Origin: a virus
Lineage: Duplodnaviria; Caudoviricetes
IMG/VR virus record: IMGVR_UViG_3300029169_000024
Span: 1-28,824 of that record
DNA: 28,824 nt
Direction: 5' to 3' (one strand)
Of this stretch, positions 1-9,115 are shown piece by piece. The position numbers and the translations under genes were made by a program. Within the stretch, counting starts at the first letter, position 1; the number at the start of each line of letters is the position of its first letter. The notes under the pieces were generated by a model that ran no database searches, was not told the DNA's origin, and saw only the letters and a program-made list of their open reading frames with translations.

Positions 1-1
1 G

Positions 2-3000
2 TTTCCCAGTCACGATCCCACTGGCCGTTCTAAGCAAATTAGCTGCTTCATTCCCAGTTAATCCAGTTTGGCCAAATCCAAGATCTCCTCTAGCCTGTAT
101 AGAAGAAACCAGTTGTTCAAATATAGACTGAGGTATATTTGTCAAATTATTGGTTAGTAAATTAGAATCAGGATTATCAACTAATTGTTGCAACAGCTCA
201 GTCGGACTAGAAATATTGTTAGATGATATATTTTGAAAAAACTCTGCAAACTGTCTACTGGCCTGTCCTTGAAACAAGGAATTGTTTAATCTAGTCCCTA
301 AGTCTGTTCCACCTTGTGTTTGAAGCGATCCAATAATTCCATTGACTCTATTTTGTAATTGTTGGTATTCTTGTGTTAAAAGATTTAATCTTAAAGAAGA
401 TTTTTGCAATGCATTATTAAAATCATTAGTAAAACCGTTCAAAGATATAATACTATTGCTCAATGCTAACGAATTGCTTTCTGAAGGATCTGCTTCAAAA
501 TTTCTAAGACTTTGTTGTGCAGACAATCTAGATTGTGCAATATTTCGTGCAGACTGTCCAAGTCCAAATCTAGGAGTTATTTCATCAGCAAGAGATCGAA
601 AATTTCCTGCCGATTCTAGACCATTGATACTGCCCGAAGAAAGATTAAAAGCATTTATTCTAGACCGAATTCCAACTAGAGATCCTAGTTCTTGTGTTAT
701 CGAATTATTAGAATTTAATATAGCATCTTGTCTAGATAATCTTCTTTGAAATTCAGACGATCTTTTTTCATCTTCTGAATTTATAGAAGACGTAATTAAT
801 TGATCAATTCCGGTCGATCTTATTGCCTTTACTATAGACTCTTCTAATCCTGTACCTATTATAGAAGATGGATTGTTTTGTACACTAGTAGTTAACGATT
901 GTCTCAAAAATGATAAAAATCTTTCTCGCTCAGCTTGACCTTCTGATGTATTAAATCGTTCTTGTGGCAACGCATTAGTTAAATCTTCTATAAAGCTTGT
1001 TACTAATGCCTGCCCTTGTCCTTCAGCCAAATTGCTTGGATTAATTCTAGAAGTTTTAATTTGAAAATCTCTTGAAACAGAACCTGCCACAGAAGATAAC
1101 GTTGAGAGATCTTGAAGTAAACTTTTATTAGAAGAGCTTAAATTTAGCGAACTTACAATTCCAGAGGTATCGGATCCTGCCAACGATTCAGATCTAAGTT
1201 GTTCAGATATTAATAACGATCTATTTTTAGATATCTGACTAGAAAATGGATCAAAATTTGAATTGCCTGATATAAAAGAAGAACTGGCTGAATTTATTAT
1301 TTGTCTATTAGACGATAATGCAGATTGAATACTGTTTGATCTTACAGTATCTTGTATATCTTGAGACAGAGATCTAAAACTACTTGTTGTTATATCTAGT
1401 GCAGATCTTAAATGATCAACATCTTGTTGAAAATTTTCAAAATTGCTACGTTGTGCAACCAATGTTTCAATCAATAGTTTTCTTGCAACAATCTCTTCAT
1501 CAGTAAAGTTTTTAATTGCATTCTGTGCATTAAACTCATCTCTAAGATTCTGTATTGCATCGTCAAAAGATAGAGATGGATCAGAAGATAGTTCGTTTCT
1601 AACATTTGCTCGTGCTCGTTCGGAAAAAGCTCTAAATCCGTTAGATTGTTTCAACTGTTCTCTAAAATCGTTTTCAACTCTTTGATTGACATCATCAACA
1701 GACGGTCGATCGCTAATAGAATCAAGAAGAGATAGATATCCAGATACTTGTGGTATCTTATTTAAAAAACTACTTTCAATAATTCCACCTTGGGCAAAAA
1801 GTGCATCTAATGTACGAGGAACAGATCTTGCAACACTATTGTCGAATTCCAGTTGTTCTCTAGCTGAATCGGATATATTGTTAAAAAAAGAATCTACTAT
1901 TTTTTTATTATCCTCTTCAAAAGAGCTTATAATAAAAGCACTGTCTATTTCATTTTCAGCTATAATTGAATTTTGTCTAATTCTACCAACTTGATCTCCA
2001 ATAAATGCTCCAGCTCCCGCTCCAACCGCAGTTCCTAATACAGGACTGGCAAACGATCCAGCCACACCTCCAATAAAAGCTCCTGTTGCAGCAGACTGAG
2101 ATCTAGCTTTAGAGGCGGCCACTAGTGCATTAGATCTAGATATCTCTCCTGCATTACTAACTAACTGGCCAGTTTGAGGATCGATTAACGAAGATTGTTT
2201 CTTAGAGTTGGCTGATGCGGTAAGTGCTGATGCTATGGCCAATGGAATCCCTATACTAGCAGCGATTCCAGCTCCTGATTTTATACTAGATGAAAATCTA
2301 GAGCTTGCAATACTTTGAACTCCCGATCTTAAAGTTCCTCTAAAGCCCAATGATTTAGATGCAGCAACTTCATTTTTTCTTGCAGCAATTAATTGCTGTT
2401 CAACTTGACGAAGCTGACTCTCTATGGCAATACGTTTTTTACTGTTTTGAATGTCTAAAGAAGCTAGTGATGACAACTCTTTTCTTCTGACAGATAGTTG
2501 TTGAAGAATCTTACTGGAAGACGCTATAATAGATTTGTTTCTGGCAATTTCGCCAGGTCTATCCGCAGCTGCAATATTTCCTCTTCCAGAAGCAAATGCT
2601 ATATTAGTCTGAGCACCTCGAATTATATTTTTTTGTAACTGTCGTTTTGCTGCAAATTCTGCAGCCAAACTAGCCTTTTGACTATTAAACTGATTTCTAT
2701 CTAAAAGTGGAACCTGTGACAAGCTGGTAGAAATTCCGGCTCTTTGAACATTTAATCTAGCACGTTGTCTTTGAAAATGAGAAAGTGCAACCTTTTTAGC
2801 ATTAATGCGTGAATCAAAACGACCTCTTATACCCGATCTTTCTTGTCTACTAAAGAATGACGGATCTGTAGCTGTATCAGAAATACTTTGTCCCGAACTA
2901 AGAGAAGCGTTTCTAGTATGTAAAAGAGGATTTCTTGAACCTCCTGCTCCTAATATAGATATTCCATCTGCACCACCATGTTTAAATGGTCCGGGATTAT

Positions 3001-4810
3001 TGTTTCTTGTTCCTCCTATAAACCCAGGAATTCCTCTGGCAACACCAAAGGCTAATTTAATAGCTCCTAGTTTAATCAATAATGGCAGCAAAGGAGCAGA
3101 AACTTCTAAAACATCTCCTAGTGAATCTGCTAAACTAGCAACATCCTTGACCAATTGTTTTATATTTTCATCATTAGCTAAAGATCCAAACACTTGTTCA
3201 AATCTAGCACTAATTTTTCCTAATTGAACATCTATTCTATCTTGTCCAATAAAAGCGTCTCTAGCCAAAGAACCTGGTGCAGATTTTTGCAATTCTATTG
3301 CCTTTAAAAATCTACTGTTGTCTCCACCCTTTGCTATATCCTCAAGTAAAGGAATAAGAGCCTTACCTTGTCGAACACCAGAAAGGTTTTGAACTATTTC
3401 ACCTATTTCATCTTTATTAAATTCATTAAATCTTGACCCAACATTTCTCAAAATGTCGGTAACACTTTTTAATTGACCCTGGTCATCTCTAACATCAAAG
3501 CCACCTTTAAAAGTCTCTAAAAACTCAACTACATCTGGACGAATAAGTCTTAATGATATGGTGTTTAATGAAGTACCAACTGTTGCAGCTGACAATCTAG
3601 TTATATCTCTAACGGCTGCAACTGTAGCGGCAAATTCTTCAAATCCTCCTCCAGCAACAGAAAATGCTGCACCACCAGATTTAACAGCAGTAAAAAGGTT
3701 TTCCGCTTCGAATGCAAAGTTTTTAGATAAAATATTTGCAGAATCTAATACCCTAACAGCATCTGTTCCTGCCAAACTAAACTGGTTAAGAGTAGCAATT
3801 GTACCTTCTAGCACATTACTAATGTCACCAAATGTCGCTGCCAATTGAGTTTGTGCCAGCCCTTCAACAACATCTAATATTGCATTGTTGTCACTAAACT
3901 TTTCACCAGATTGAGCCAAAAGTACCGATACGTTCAATAGTTCTCTACCAGACTGTCCGTACTGTCTTGATATTTCAAGTATATCTCTAGAAACAGATCT
4001 GGCCTTGCTTGCATTTCCATTAAAAACCTGAGTAAGTCTATTGATGTCTCTATTTATATCAATTATCGCACTACTTGCAAATCTAGCAGCTCTAGCTATT
4101 TGGAAAAACGCCGAAGCAGGAACTAAATATGCCAACAATCTAGCACTTGTAAATCCAAGTCTTTCACCAAATTCAAATTGATGTGCAGAAGCCTGTTTAA
4201 CTAATTTATTGTGAACCTGAAGTTGTTTATTTGTTTTATCAAGTCCTCCAGAAACAGAAGAAACTGGCTTATTAGAAGCTGTAGAAACAATTCCTTGATT
4301 AACAGACTTTTTTATATTGGATGCCACTGTATTGTTAGGCAGGACCAATTGAGTCTTGATCATTATTGGATTAGCACTAAAGAAAGCCTTTGCTTCTTTT
4401 CGGTACTGCTGTCCATTTCCCTTATTAAATTTTAGCGATCCTAAACTTTTATTTAAATTGCTAATTTCTTTATGAAGATCTTTAAATCCAGATTTCTTAG
4501 GATTGACTGTAATATTGTTCAATCTCTTTTGAAGCTGATCTACTACAACCTTTGTGGAACCTAATTTTATTCCAATCTCAAATTTATTTTTTAATACCTT
4601 ATTAACTTCGGATGCTAAAAATTTTGAATTAACTCCAAGCTTTACTTTGGGGTTAACTTTTGTAACTATATCGCTACGCATTTCTTTAAAAGAACTTTTA
4701 GCAATACGTACTTTTACATCTTTTAGTGAAGCTTCAATACTTTTTCTAAAACTAGAAACATTTCCTGGTATTAAATCAACTTTTAACTGAGGGTTGGAAT
4801 TTGATGGCAT
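2..4810 (-). CDS. Tail tape measure protein (3' end outside window, at least 1603 aa)
   Basis: Absent from the ORF track because there is no stop in the window. Manual translation from ATG 4810 (TAATG overlap with the upstream stop) is open to the window edge: MPSNSNPQLKVDLIPG... It has a TP901-type TMP core (LAQTQLAATFGD...VRVLDSANILSKNFAFEAENLFTAVKSGGAAF...VGTSLNTISLRL...GFDVRDDQGQLKSVTDIL...LSGVRQ) and Gly/Ala hydrophobic segments (GAFIGGVAGSFASPVLGTAVGAGAGAFIG). It follows the tail tube and chaperone genes. Confidence 0.93.
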   Translation of the reverse strand, partial: MPSNSNPQLKVDLIPGNVSSFRKSIEASLKDVKVRIAKSSFKEMRSDIVTKVNPKVKLGVNSKFLASEVNKVLKNKFEIGIKLGSTKVVVDQLQKRLNNITVNPKKSGFKDLHKEISNLNKSLGSLKFNKGNGQQYRKEAKAFFSANPIMIKTQLVLPNNTVASNIKKSVNQGIVSTASNKPVSSVSGGLDKTNKQLQVHNKLVKQASAHQFEFGERLGFTSARLLAYLVPASAFFQIARAARFASSAIIDINRDINRLTQVFNGNASKARSVSRDILEISRQYGQSGRELLNVSVLLAQSGEKFSDNNAILDVVEGLAQTQLAATFGDISNVLEGTIATLNQFSLAGTDAVRVLDSANILSKNFAFEAENLFTAVKSGGAAFSVAGGGFEEFAATVAAVRDITRLSAATVGTSLNTISLRLIRPDVVEFLETFKGGFDVRDDQGQLKSVTDILRNVGSRFNEFNKDEIGEIVQNLSGVRQGKALIPLLEDIAKGGDNSRFLKAIELQKSAPGSLARDAFIGQDRIDVQLGKISARFEQVFGSLANDENIKQLVKDVASLADSLGDVLEVSAPLLPLLIKLGAIKLAFGVARGIPGFIGGTRNNNPGPFKHGGADGISILGAGGSRNPLLHTRNASLSSGQSISDTATDPSFFSRQERSGIRGRFDSRINAKKVALSHFQRQRARLNVQRAGISTSLSQVPLLDRNQFNSQKASLAAEFAAKRQLQKNIIRGAQTNIAFASGRGNIAAADRPGEIARNKSIIASSSKILQQLSVRRKELSSLASLDIQNSKKRIAIESQLRQVEQQLIAARKNEVAASKSLGFRGTLRSGVQSIASSRFSSSIKSGAGIAASIGIPLAIASALTASANSKKQSSLIDPQTGQLVSNAGEISRSNALVAASKARSQSAATGAFIGGVAGSFASPVLGTAVGAGAGAFIGDQVGRIRQNSIIAENEIDSAFIISSFEEDNKKIVDSFFNNISDSAREQLEFDNSVARSVPRTLDALFAQGGIIESSFLNKIPQVSGYLSLLDSISDRPSVDDVNQRVENDFREQLKQSNGFRAFSERARANVRNELSSDPSLSFDDAIQNLRDEFNAQNAIKNFTDEEIVARKLLIETLVAQRSNFENFQQDVDHLRSALDITTSSFRSLSQDIQDTVRSNSIQSALSSNRQIINSASSSFISGNSNFDPFSSQISKNRSLLISEQLRSESLAGSDTSGIVSSLNLSSSNKSLLQDLSTLSSVAGSVSRDFQIKTSRINPSNLAEGQGQALVTSFIEDLTNALPQERFNTSEGQAERERFLSFLRQSLTTSVQNNPSSIIGTGLEESIVKAIRSTGIDQLITSSINSEDEKRSSEFQRRLSRQDAILNSNNSITQELGSLVGIRSRINAFNLSSGSINGLESAGNFRSLADEITPRFGLGQSARNIAQSRLSAQQSLRNFEADPSESNSLALSNSIISLNGFTNDFNNALQKSSLRLNLLTQEYQQLQNRVNGIIGSLQTQGGTDLGTRLNNSLFQGQASRQFAEFFQNISSNNISSPTELLQQLVDNPDSNLLTNNLTNIPQSIFEQLVSSIQARGDLGFGQTGLTGNEAANLLRTASGIVTGK

Positions 4811-5676
4811 TAGGATTTAACTTTGGCTTTGGTTGTGGATTTCTTCTTAACAGATTTACTGCGTTTGGTTGTCCTCTTCTTTTTTTCTTGATCTACTGGC
4901 AATCCAGTTTCATCATCAATAAATGGAGATTCTTCTTCTATTTCTCCAACTATTGATTGTAATTTTTCAAGCAATTCGTCTTGAACCTGTTCAATAGGAG
5001 TGCCATCTCTATCCACAAACTTTCCAGTTACCCTATCTACAAATGATAAATTTTCATCTATATACTTGTATTTCTTAAGCCATTTGTTTTCAGGAAGATT
5101 TTTTTCAAAATCCGAGTCTATACCATATAATACAGACATTGAGATTGACATGGCCTTCTTATAAGAATCTGAGTCTTTATTGGCCTTCATTTCAGAAAAT
5201 GACTCCCAGTGTCTATCTCCAGTAATAGAGTTTCTAGTACATGCATATATAAAATAGTCAGTTTTTTCATTATCGGCTATAGATTCTATAGTAGAGTCGT
5301 CGAAAGACTGTCTTTTTTGCATTAGTTGAACTAACTTTTGTCGTTTATCAGTAATGGCAATTGCAATTTTTCTCCCTTCACTTAGTTTAATGCCACCAGA
5401 TCTAAGTTGGTTTAGTAAGTTATTAATTTCACCATTTATAGAATCTAGCAAATTTTGGTCTTTTTGTGACCACATTCCATTTTCTCTTAAAAAAGAATCA
5501 AGTTCCGATCTTAATAAAGGTCTATTTTTTTTACTTAGTCTTATCAACTCAGCTATTTTGGCAGCATGAACTATATCAGCCTGTTCCATATCTTCCATTT
5601 CAGGCGTTGAAAAAATCAATACAACTTTTTCGCCCAAATTATCTACAATTGTAAATTCCTTAATTTCCATTTCCAT
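4810..5676 (-). CDS. Putative tail assembly chaperone with Lys-rich C-terminal tail
   Basis: 288 aa, helical-looking, immediately before the TMP. GGAG SD upstream. Shares spaced motifs with 5984..7039. Function inferred from position only. Confidence 0.55.
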   Translation of the reverse strand: MEMEIKEFTIVDNLGEKVVLIFSTPEMEDMEQADIVHAAKIAELIRLSKKNRPLLRSELDSFLRENGMWSQKDQNLLDSINGEINNLLNQLRSGGIKLSEGRKIAIAITDKRQKLVQLMQKRQSFDDSTIESIADNEKTDYFIYACTRNSITGDRHWESFSEMKANKDSDSYKKAMSISMSVLYGIDSDFEKNLPENKWLKKYKYIDENLSFVDRVTGKFVDRDGTPIEQVQDELLEKLQSIVGEIEEESPFIDDETGLPVDQEKKKRTTKRSKSVKKKSTTKAKVKS

Positions 5677-5677
5677 A

Positions 5678-5983
5678 TTATCTATCTCCTGTTAAAAATA
5701 CTGTTTCAAATCTTTTTCTGCAAATGTCATGTTCGTCTAGTTCTCTAGATGCATTTCGTAATTGTTGATTTCCAATATTTAAAATATTGGTTCTACATTC
5801 TTCCCACTTCGCTGCTAAAACTTTCTCGTCGCCTGTCAATTCATTTTCATTTTTTCCATGTCCCCACATATGTCCAAAAGCAGCTTCAAATTGGCTTAGT
5901 GGATATATCATAGTTGTATTGATTTTTATGCCTATGATTTTTTTAAGTCTTTCTCTATATTGATCGTTTGGTGTATTTTTCAT
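5678..5983 (-). CDS. Hypothetical protein in tail-chaperone region
   Basis: 101 aa ORF abutting both neighbours (TAA directly followed by ATG at 5984/5983). No recognisable motif. Confidence 0.6.
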   Translation of the reverse strand: MKNTPNDQYRERLKKIIGIKINTTMIYPLSQFEAAFGHMWGHGKNENELTGDEKVLAAKWEECRTNILNIGNQQLRNASRELDEHDICRKRFETVFLTGDR

Positions 5984-7039
5984 TTATACTCTTTCCCTTG
6001 TGTCTTTAGACATTTGTCTATTTTTTTCCATTATAACTCTTTGTTTAACATCGGGCAAGTCAAATTCAGCAACCCTTCCTTTTGTATCTATAGTTTCAGA
6101 TCGTTTTTTAAGCTTAGATAGTGTTTGTTTATCATTTAATTCGTACACATCTTTTGAACCTAATCTATCTGCAGGTACAAACACTTCAGAAGAACCCGAC
6201 GTGTCATTGTATTTATTATTAAGTTGACCTTTCTTGCTTTCTTCTTTTATTGATCTAATCTCATCTTCATACCATTTATCAAATTCACTATCATCGTCTA
6301 TAACAGAGTCATCAGGGGGATTAGAACTATTATAAGCAAAATCATATATTCTGGACCATAATATTAGTGCGTGTTGAAGCTCGGTCATATTTGTTGCACT
6401 ATTATTAAACAGTTCCATATTAGTTTCTTTAGCAGAAAGCCAAAACAGTCTCCACGGATCACAGCGAGCTACCTCTCTAACGATTTCTACATTAGGACAA
6501 AAATCAGTATAGTACTGAACAGTTAGATGGTTGATAAACGATGAATTATTTAGCAAACCAGTACAAGATATATATGCAATACTATTTAATATAATATATT
6601 TTCGTTTTATACATTCTGCAGTATATTCGGCTGTCACAGGTTGGTATTTAGATTTTATAATACTTAAATCATTTTTTTGCTTTTTTAATTCAGCAATAGC
6701 TGAAGCAACTTGTTTAAAATTAGTTTTTTTATATTTAAGTGAAGGTAGAGAGTTTTTTAGTGTTTGTATTTCACTGTTAATTCTAGATAGCTCTATGTCA
6801 TGTTGACTACTCCACAATCCTTCTGTAATCAACAATTCCATTGATTCTTCATGTGTCATTAGGCCATTGCTTATAGCATTTTTATACGACTTTTCATATT
6901 GAAAATCAGCATCATACAATAGAGACTGATCTGGATCATTAATTTCTACTTGATATGTATTACAATTAAAATCAATATTGGCTTTGATTTTACCAAAAGA
7001 TATGCGTCTAATTATTTTAGATCGTTCCTTATAATCCAT
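5984..7039 (-). CDS. Putative tail assembly chaperone (paralog of 4810..5676)
   Basis: Start moved from TTG 7072 to ATG 7039 (MDYKERS; AGGA SD), since 7072 lies in the terminator tail/promoter motif. Directly downstream of the tail tube gene. C-terminal NPPDDSVIDDDSEFDKW resembles T-like chaperone segments (recalled, not searched). Confidence 0.55.
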   Translation of the reverse strand: MDYKERSKIIRRISFGKIKANIDFNCNTYQVEINDPDQSLLYDADFQYEKSYKNAISNGLMTHEESMELLITEGLWSSQHDIELSRINSEIQTLKNSLPSLKYKKTNFKQVASAIAELKKQKNDLSIIKSKYQPVTAEYTAECIKRKYIILNSIAYISCTGLLNNSSFINHLTVQYYTDFCPNVEIVREVARCDPWRLFWLSAKETNMELFNNSATNMTELQHALILWSRIYDFAYNSSNPPDDSVIDDDSEFDKWYEDEIRSIKEESKKGQLNNKYNDTSGSSEVFVPADRLGSKDVYELNDKQTLSKLKKRSETIDTKGRVAEFDLPDVKQRVIMEKNRQMSKDTRERV

Positions 7040-7065
7040 GTTAGTTCCTAATATTCCTATAGTTA

Positions 7066-7071
7066 TATACA
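7066..7071 (-). promoter_or_regulatory. Putative late promoter motif TGTATA
   Basis: TTGTATATAA on the minus strand, about 27 nt upstream of ATG 7039, immediately after a terminator. The same motif occurs in five other gaps. Confidence 0.55.
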
Positions 7072-7095
7072 ATAAAAGCCCGTAAATAACGGGCT
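7071..7095 (-). terminator. Rho-independent terminator after tail tube gene
   Basis: Stem AGCCCGT (7077-7083) / ACGGGCT (7089-7095), 5-nt loop, followed on the minus strand by TTTATT. Confidence 0.8.
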
Positions 7096-7121
7096 ATAAA
7101 TTGATTATTTTCTATAAGATT

Positions 7122-8129
7122 TTACAGACCTTCAGGATCATGATCGGCTGTAATAGTTAAGAAGTTAAAGTTTTGATAATTATAAGTAGTAACAACAACT
7201 CCACCACCAGTATCTCCACCAGAATATGTTATACTCTGAAGTTTATTTTTAGTGCCCAAGTTGAATATAGTACTATCGGTTAGCTTAACTATAATTTCTT
7301 GATCGGAAATATTTGCAATTTCAGCTAATGCAGAAACTCCATCGCTAGGATCTGTTCCGGCATTAATGACATTGATACTACAATCTACTGATAAAGGATA
7401 ATTTGCAAATCTGTAGTATGGTCTACGACGACCTATCTCAAACAGATCTTCTCGTCCAAGACTAGTTGATATAGATACATCCTGAATATGTGCAGCAAAC
7501 TGTCCATTAGATTCAATGTTGAATCCAGACCCGCCAACATCGGTTATACCGGGTATTTCACTTGGCCAGACACTATGTCCTGATCCCATTATAACGTTTT
7601 CTCTACGTTGTATACCACTAGTTGCAGCAGGACTGTCGGTGCCATCAAAGTGTCCATTGAATGAAGCAGACGATAACCACTCTTTATCATTTCCAACCAA
7701 GGTAACAGATTCGGTAGCATTGCCCTGAACAGGAAGGCTATAATTCATTGAGTTGATATACATGCCTGAACAATAAACCTGTTTAACTGGAACACCAGAA
7801 GAGTTTTCTTGATCATCATCAAAAATTGAAATATACGCATCTACTCTTTGATTACTTCTATTAAGTAAGCTACTAGCAGTTGCCCCTCTGGTAGACATAT
7901 GATATAAAAGAGGATATCCATCTAAAACTTTTTCAGCTTGAATTTCGATATCAGGCAGATTTTCAATATTTTCATAAGTATCTAGCTGACCTAATTCAAA
8001 TACATTTTCTAGATTAAAAGTTGTGTTCATTGACATGGACTGTAAACCATGAATACCAGATGCAGTACCAGTTTGATATGCTCCTAGGGCTAGTTCATGA
8101 AGTGGGTAAAATACTCTAAAGTTAGACAT
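7122..8129 (-). CDS. Major tail (tube) protein with internally duplicated tube domain
   Basis: 335 aa, Ser/Thr/Gly-rich beta protein. Tube-like motif QSMSMNTTFNLENVFELG recurs as QDVSISTSLGREDLFEIG. Strong AGGAG SD, own promoter motif and terminator. Lies between terminator-like gene and chaperones/TMP. Confidence 0.8.
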   Translation of the reverse strand: MSNFRVFYPLHELALGAYQTGTASGIHGLQSMSMNTTFNLENVFELGQLDTYENIENLPDIEIQAEKVLDGYPLLYHMSTRGATASSLLNRSNQRVDAYISIFDDDQENSSGVPVKQVYCSGMYINSMNYSLPVQGNATESVTLVGNDKEWLSSASFNGHFDGTDSPAATSGIQRRENVIMGSGHSVWPSEIPGITDVGGSGFNIESNGQFAAHIQDVSISTSLGREDLFEIGRRRPYYRFANYPLSVDCSINVINAGTDPSDGVSALAEIANISDQEIIVKLTDSTIFNLGTKNKLQSITYSGGDTGGGVVVTTYNYQNFNFLTITADHDPEGL

Positions 8130-8163
8130 ATGTGTCTCCTATTAATTGCTTTCTTCTAATAAT

Positions 8164-8169
8164 TATACA
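8164..8169 (-). promoter_or_regulatory. Putative late promoter motif TGTATA
   Basis: CTGTATAATT about 35 nt upstream of the tail tube ATG. Confidence 0.55.
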
Positions 8170-8178
8170 GTTAAAACG

Positions 8179-9114
8179 TTAGTACAGACTAGGATATCGT
8201 ATAACTGATATTTGCTGAACTACTTCGGACCTATATATATCGCTAAAGGTATTGCGTTTTCCACCTCTAGACGATTCTATTCTGGCTTTTGACCAAAAAT
8301 AAGGGCTATCTTGTCGAGCCAACTGATTATATTGCAAAGCTCCACTGGCTAGTGATCCATTAAATTCTAAAGGAAAAGGAGCGTTATTAATGTTGTACAA
8401 GAATAAAGATGTAGACTCTTGGTTATTTACTATATCTGATATTTTTGTAGCTTGAAATCCATTATTAGCAAATATATGGTAAAACACTGCATAGTCATGA
8501 ATTTCTCCTCCTCCAAGTTGAAATGGCTCATTAGTTCGATCTTGAATATCTACAACCATACATGGAGTCCATATTCTATTTTCTTTTAATCTAGAGGCAA
8601 TTCCTGATGGTGATAAATTTCCTACTGAATCAAATGAGTCCATATATGAATTTATAATAGATTTCCACTGATCTGAATCAGAAGAATATATCGCCACTTC
8701 AGGAAATGAATATTCCATTTTTATAGTATTTGAACTAAAGTCACTATTTGTAACAACCCTTCCGAATTCGTAGTCTATATAAAACCCACTAGCTCCAGTT
8801 GTTCCATTTGGAACAAATGTATTATCTATATATATACCAGACACAGCTATAGGATTGTCATATGAAAACGCATTAACCAATCCACTTTCCCAAACTATCG
8901 AAGGACCGTACGATTCAAATACAGTTCCATCAGTATGTCTATTATCTTTAACTAGTTGCAGTTCTGCTAATCCAGAATTTGAACCATTTAAAGTGACATT
9001 TGAATAAGCTGACTTTTCTAGTAATCCATATTTAAACATTGCTTTAATATTATACGACAGTATATCCGTAGAATCGAAAGAATAAAATTCTGTTGTTCCT
9101 TTTAAAGTTGCCAT
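8179..9114 (-). CDS. Putative tail terminator / tail completion protein
   Basis: 311 aa directly upstream of the tube gene. C-terminal PCMVVDI...PFQLGGGE...VFYHIFA...ISDIV pattern fits a gpU/gp17-like alpha-beta fold. Extra N-terminal beta domain with YIDYEFGRVV. Confidence 0.55.
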   Translation of the reverse strand: MATLKGTTEFYSFDSTDILSYNIKAMFKYGLLEKSAYSNVTLNGSNSGLAELQLVKDNRHTDGTVFESYGPSIVWESGLVNAFSYDNPIAVSGIYIDNTFVPNGTTGASGFYIDYEFGRVVTNSDFSSNTIKMEYSFPEVAIYSSDSDQWKSIINSYMDSFDSVGNLSPSGIASRLKENRIWTPCMVVDIQDRTNEPFQLGGGEIHDYAVFYHIFANNGFQATKISDIVNNQESTSLFLYNINNAPFPLEFNGSLASGALQYNQLARQDSPYFWSKARIESSRGGKRNTFSDIYRSEVVQQISVIRYPSLY

Positions 9115-9115
9115 A

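Noticed and set aside
342-4790. Plus-strand ORFs opposite the tape measure gene
   Set aside because: Shadow ORFs. Six of the seven share one frame that is depleted of TAA/TAG because the TMP has almost no Tyr codons. No recognisable motifs.
4879-4885. In-phase A AAA AAG slippery heptamer near the end of 4810..5676
   Set aside because: The -1 frame is the TMP frame but hits TAA after about 7 codons, so no fusion results. Such runs are expected in a Lys-rich tail of AT-rich DNA.
5991-5997. GGGAAAG (lambda G/GT slippery heptamer) at the end of the first chaperone-position gene
   Set aside because: Out of the canonical X XXY YYZ phase (read AGG GAA AGA). Both shifted frames stop within about 15 codons and the next gene is in frame 0. 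More likely the SD of the next gene.
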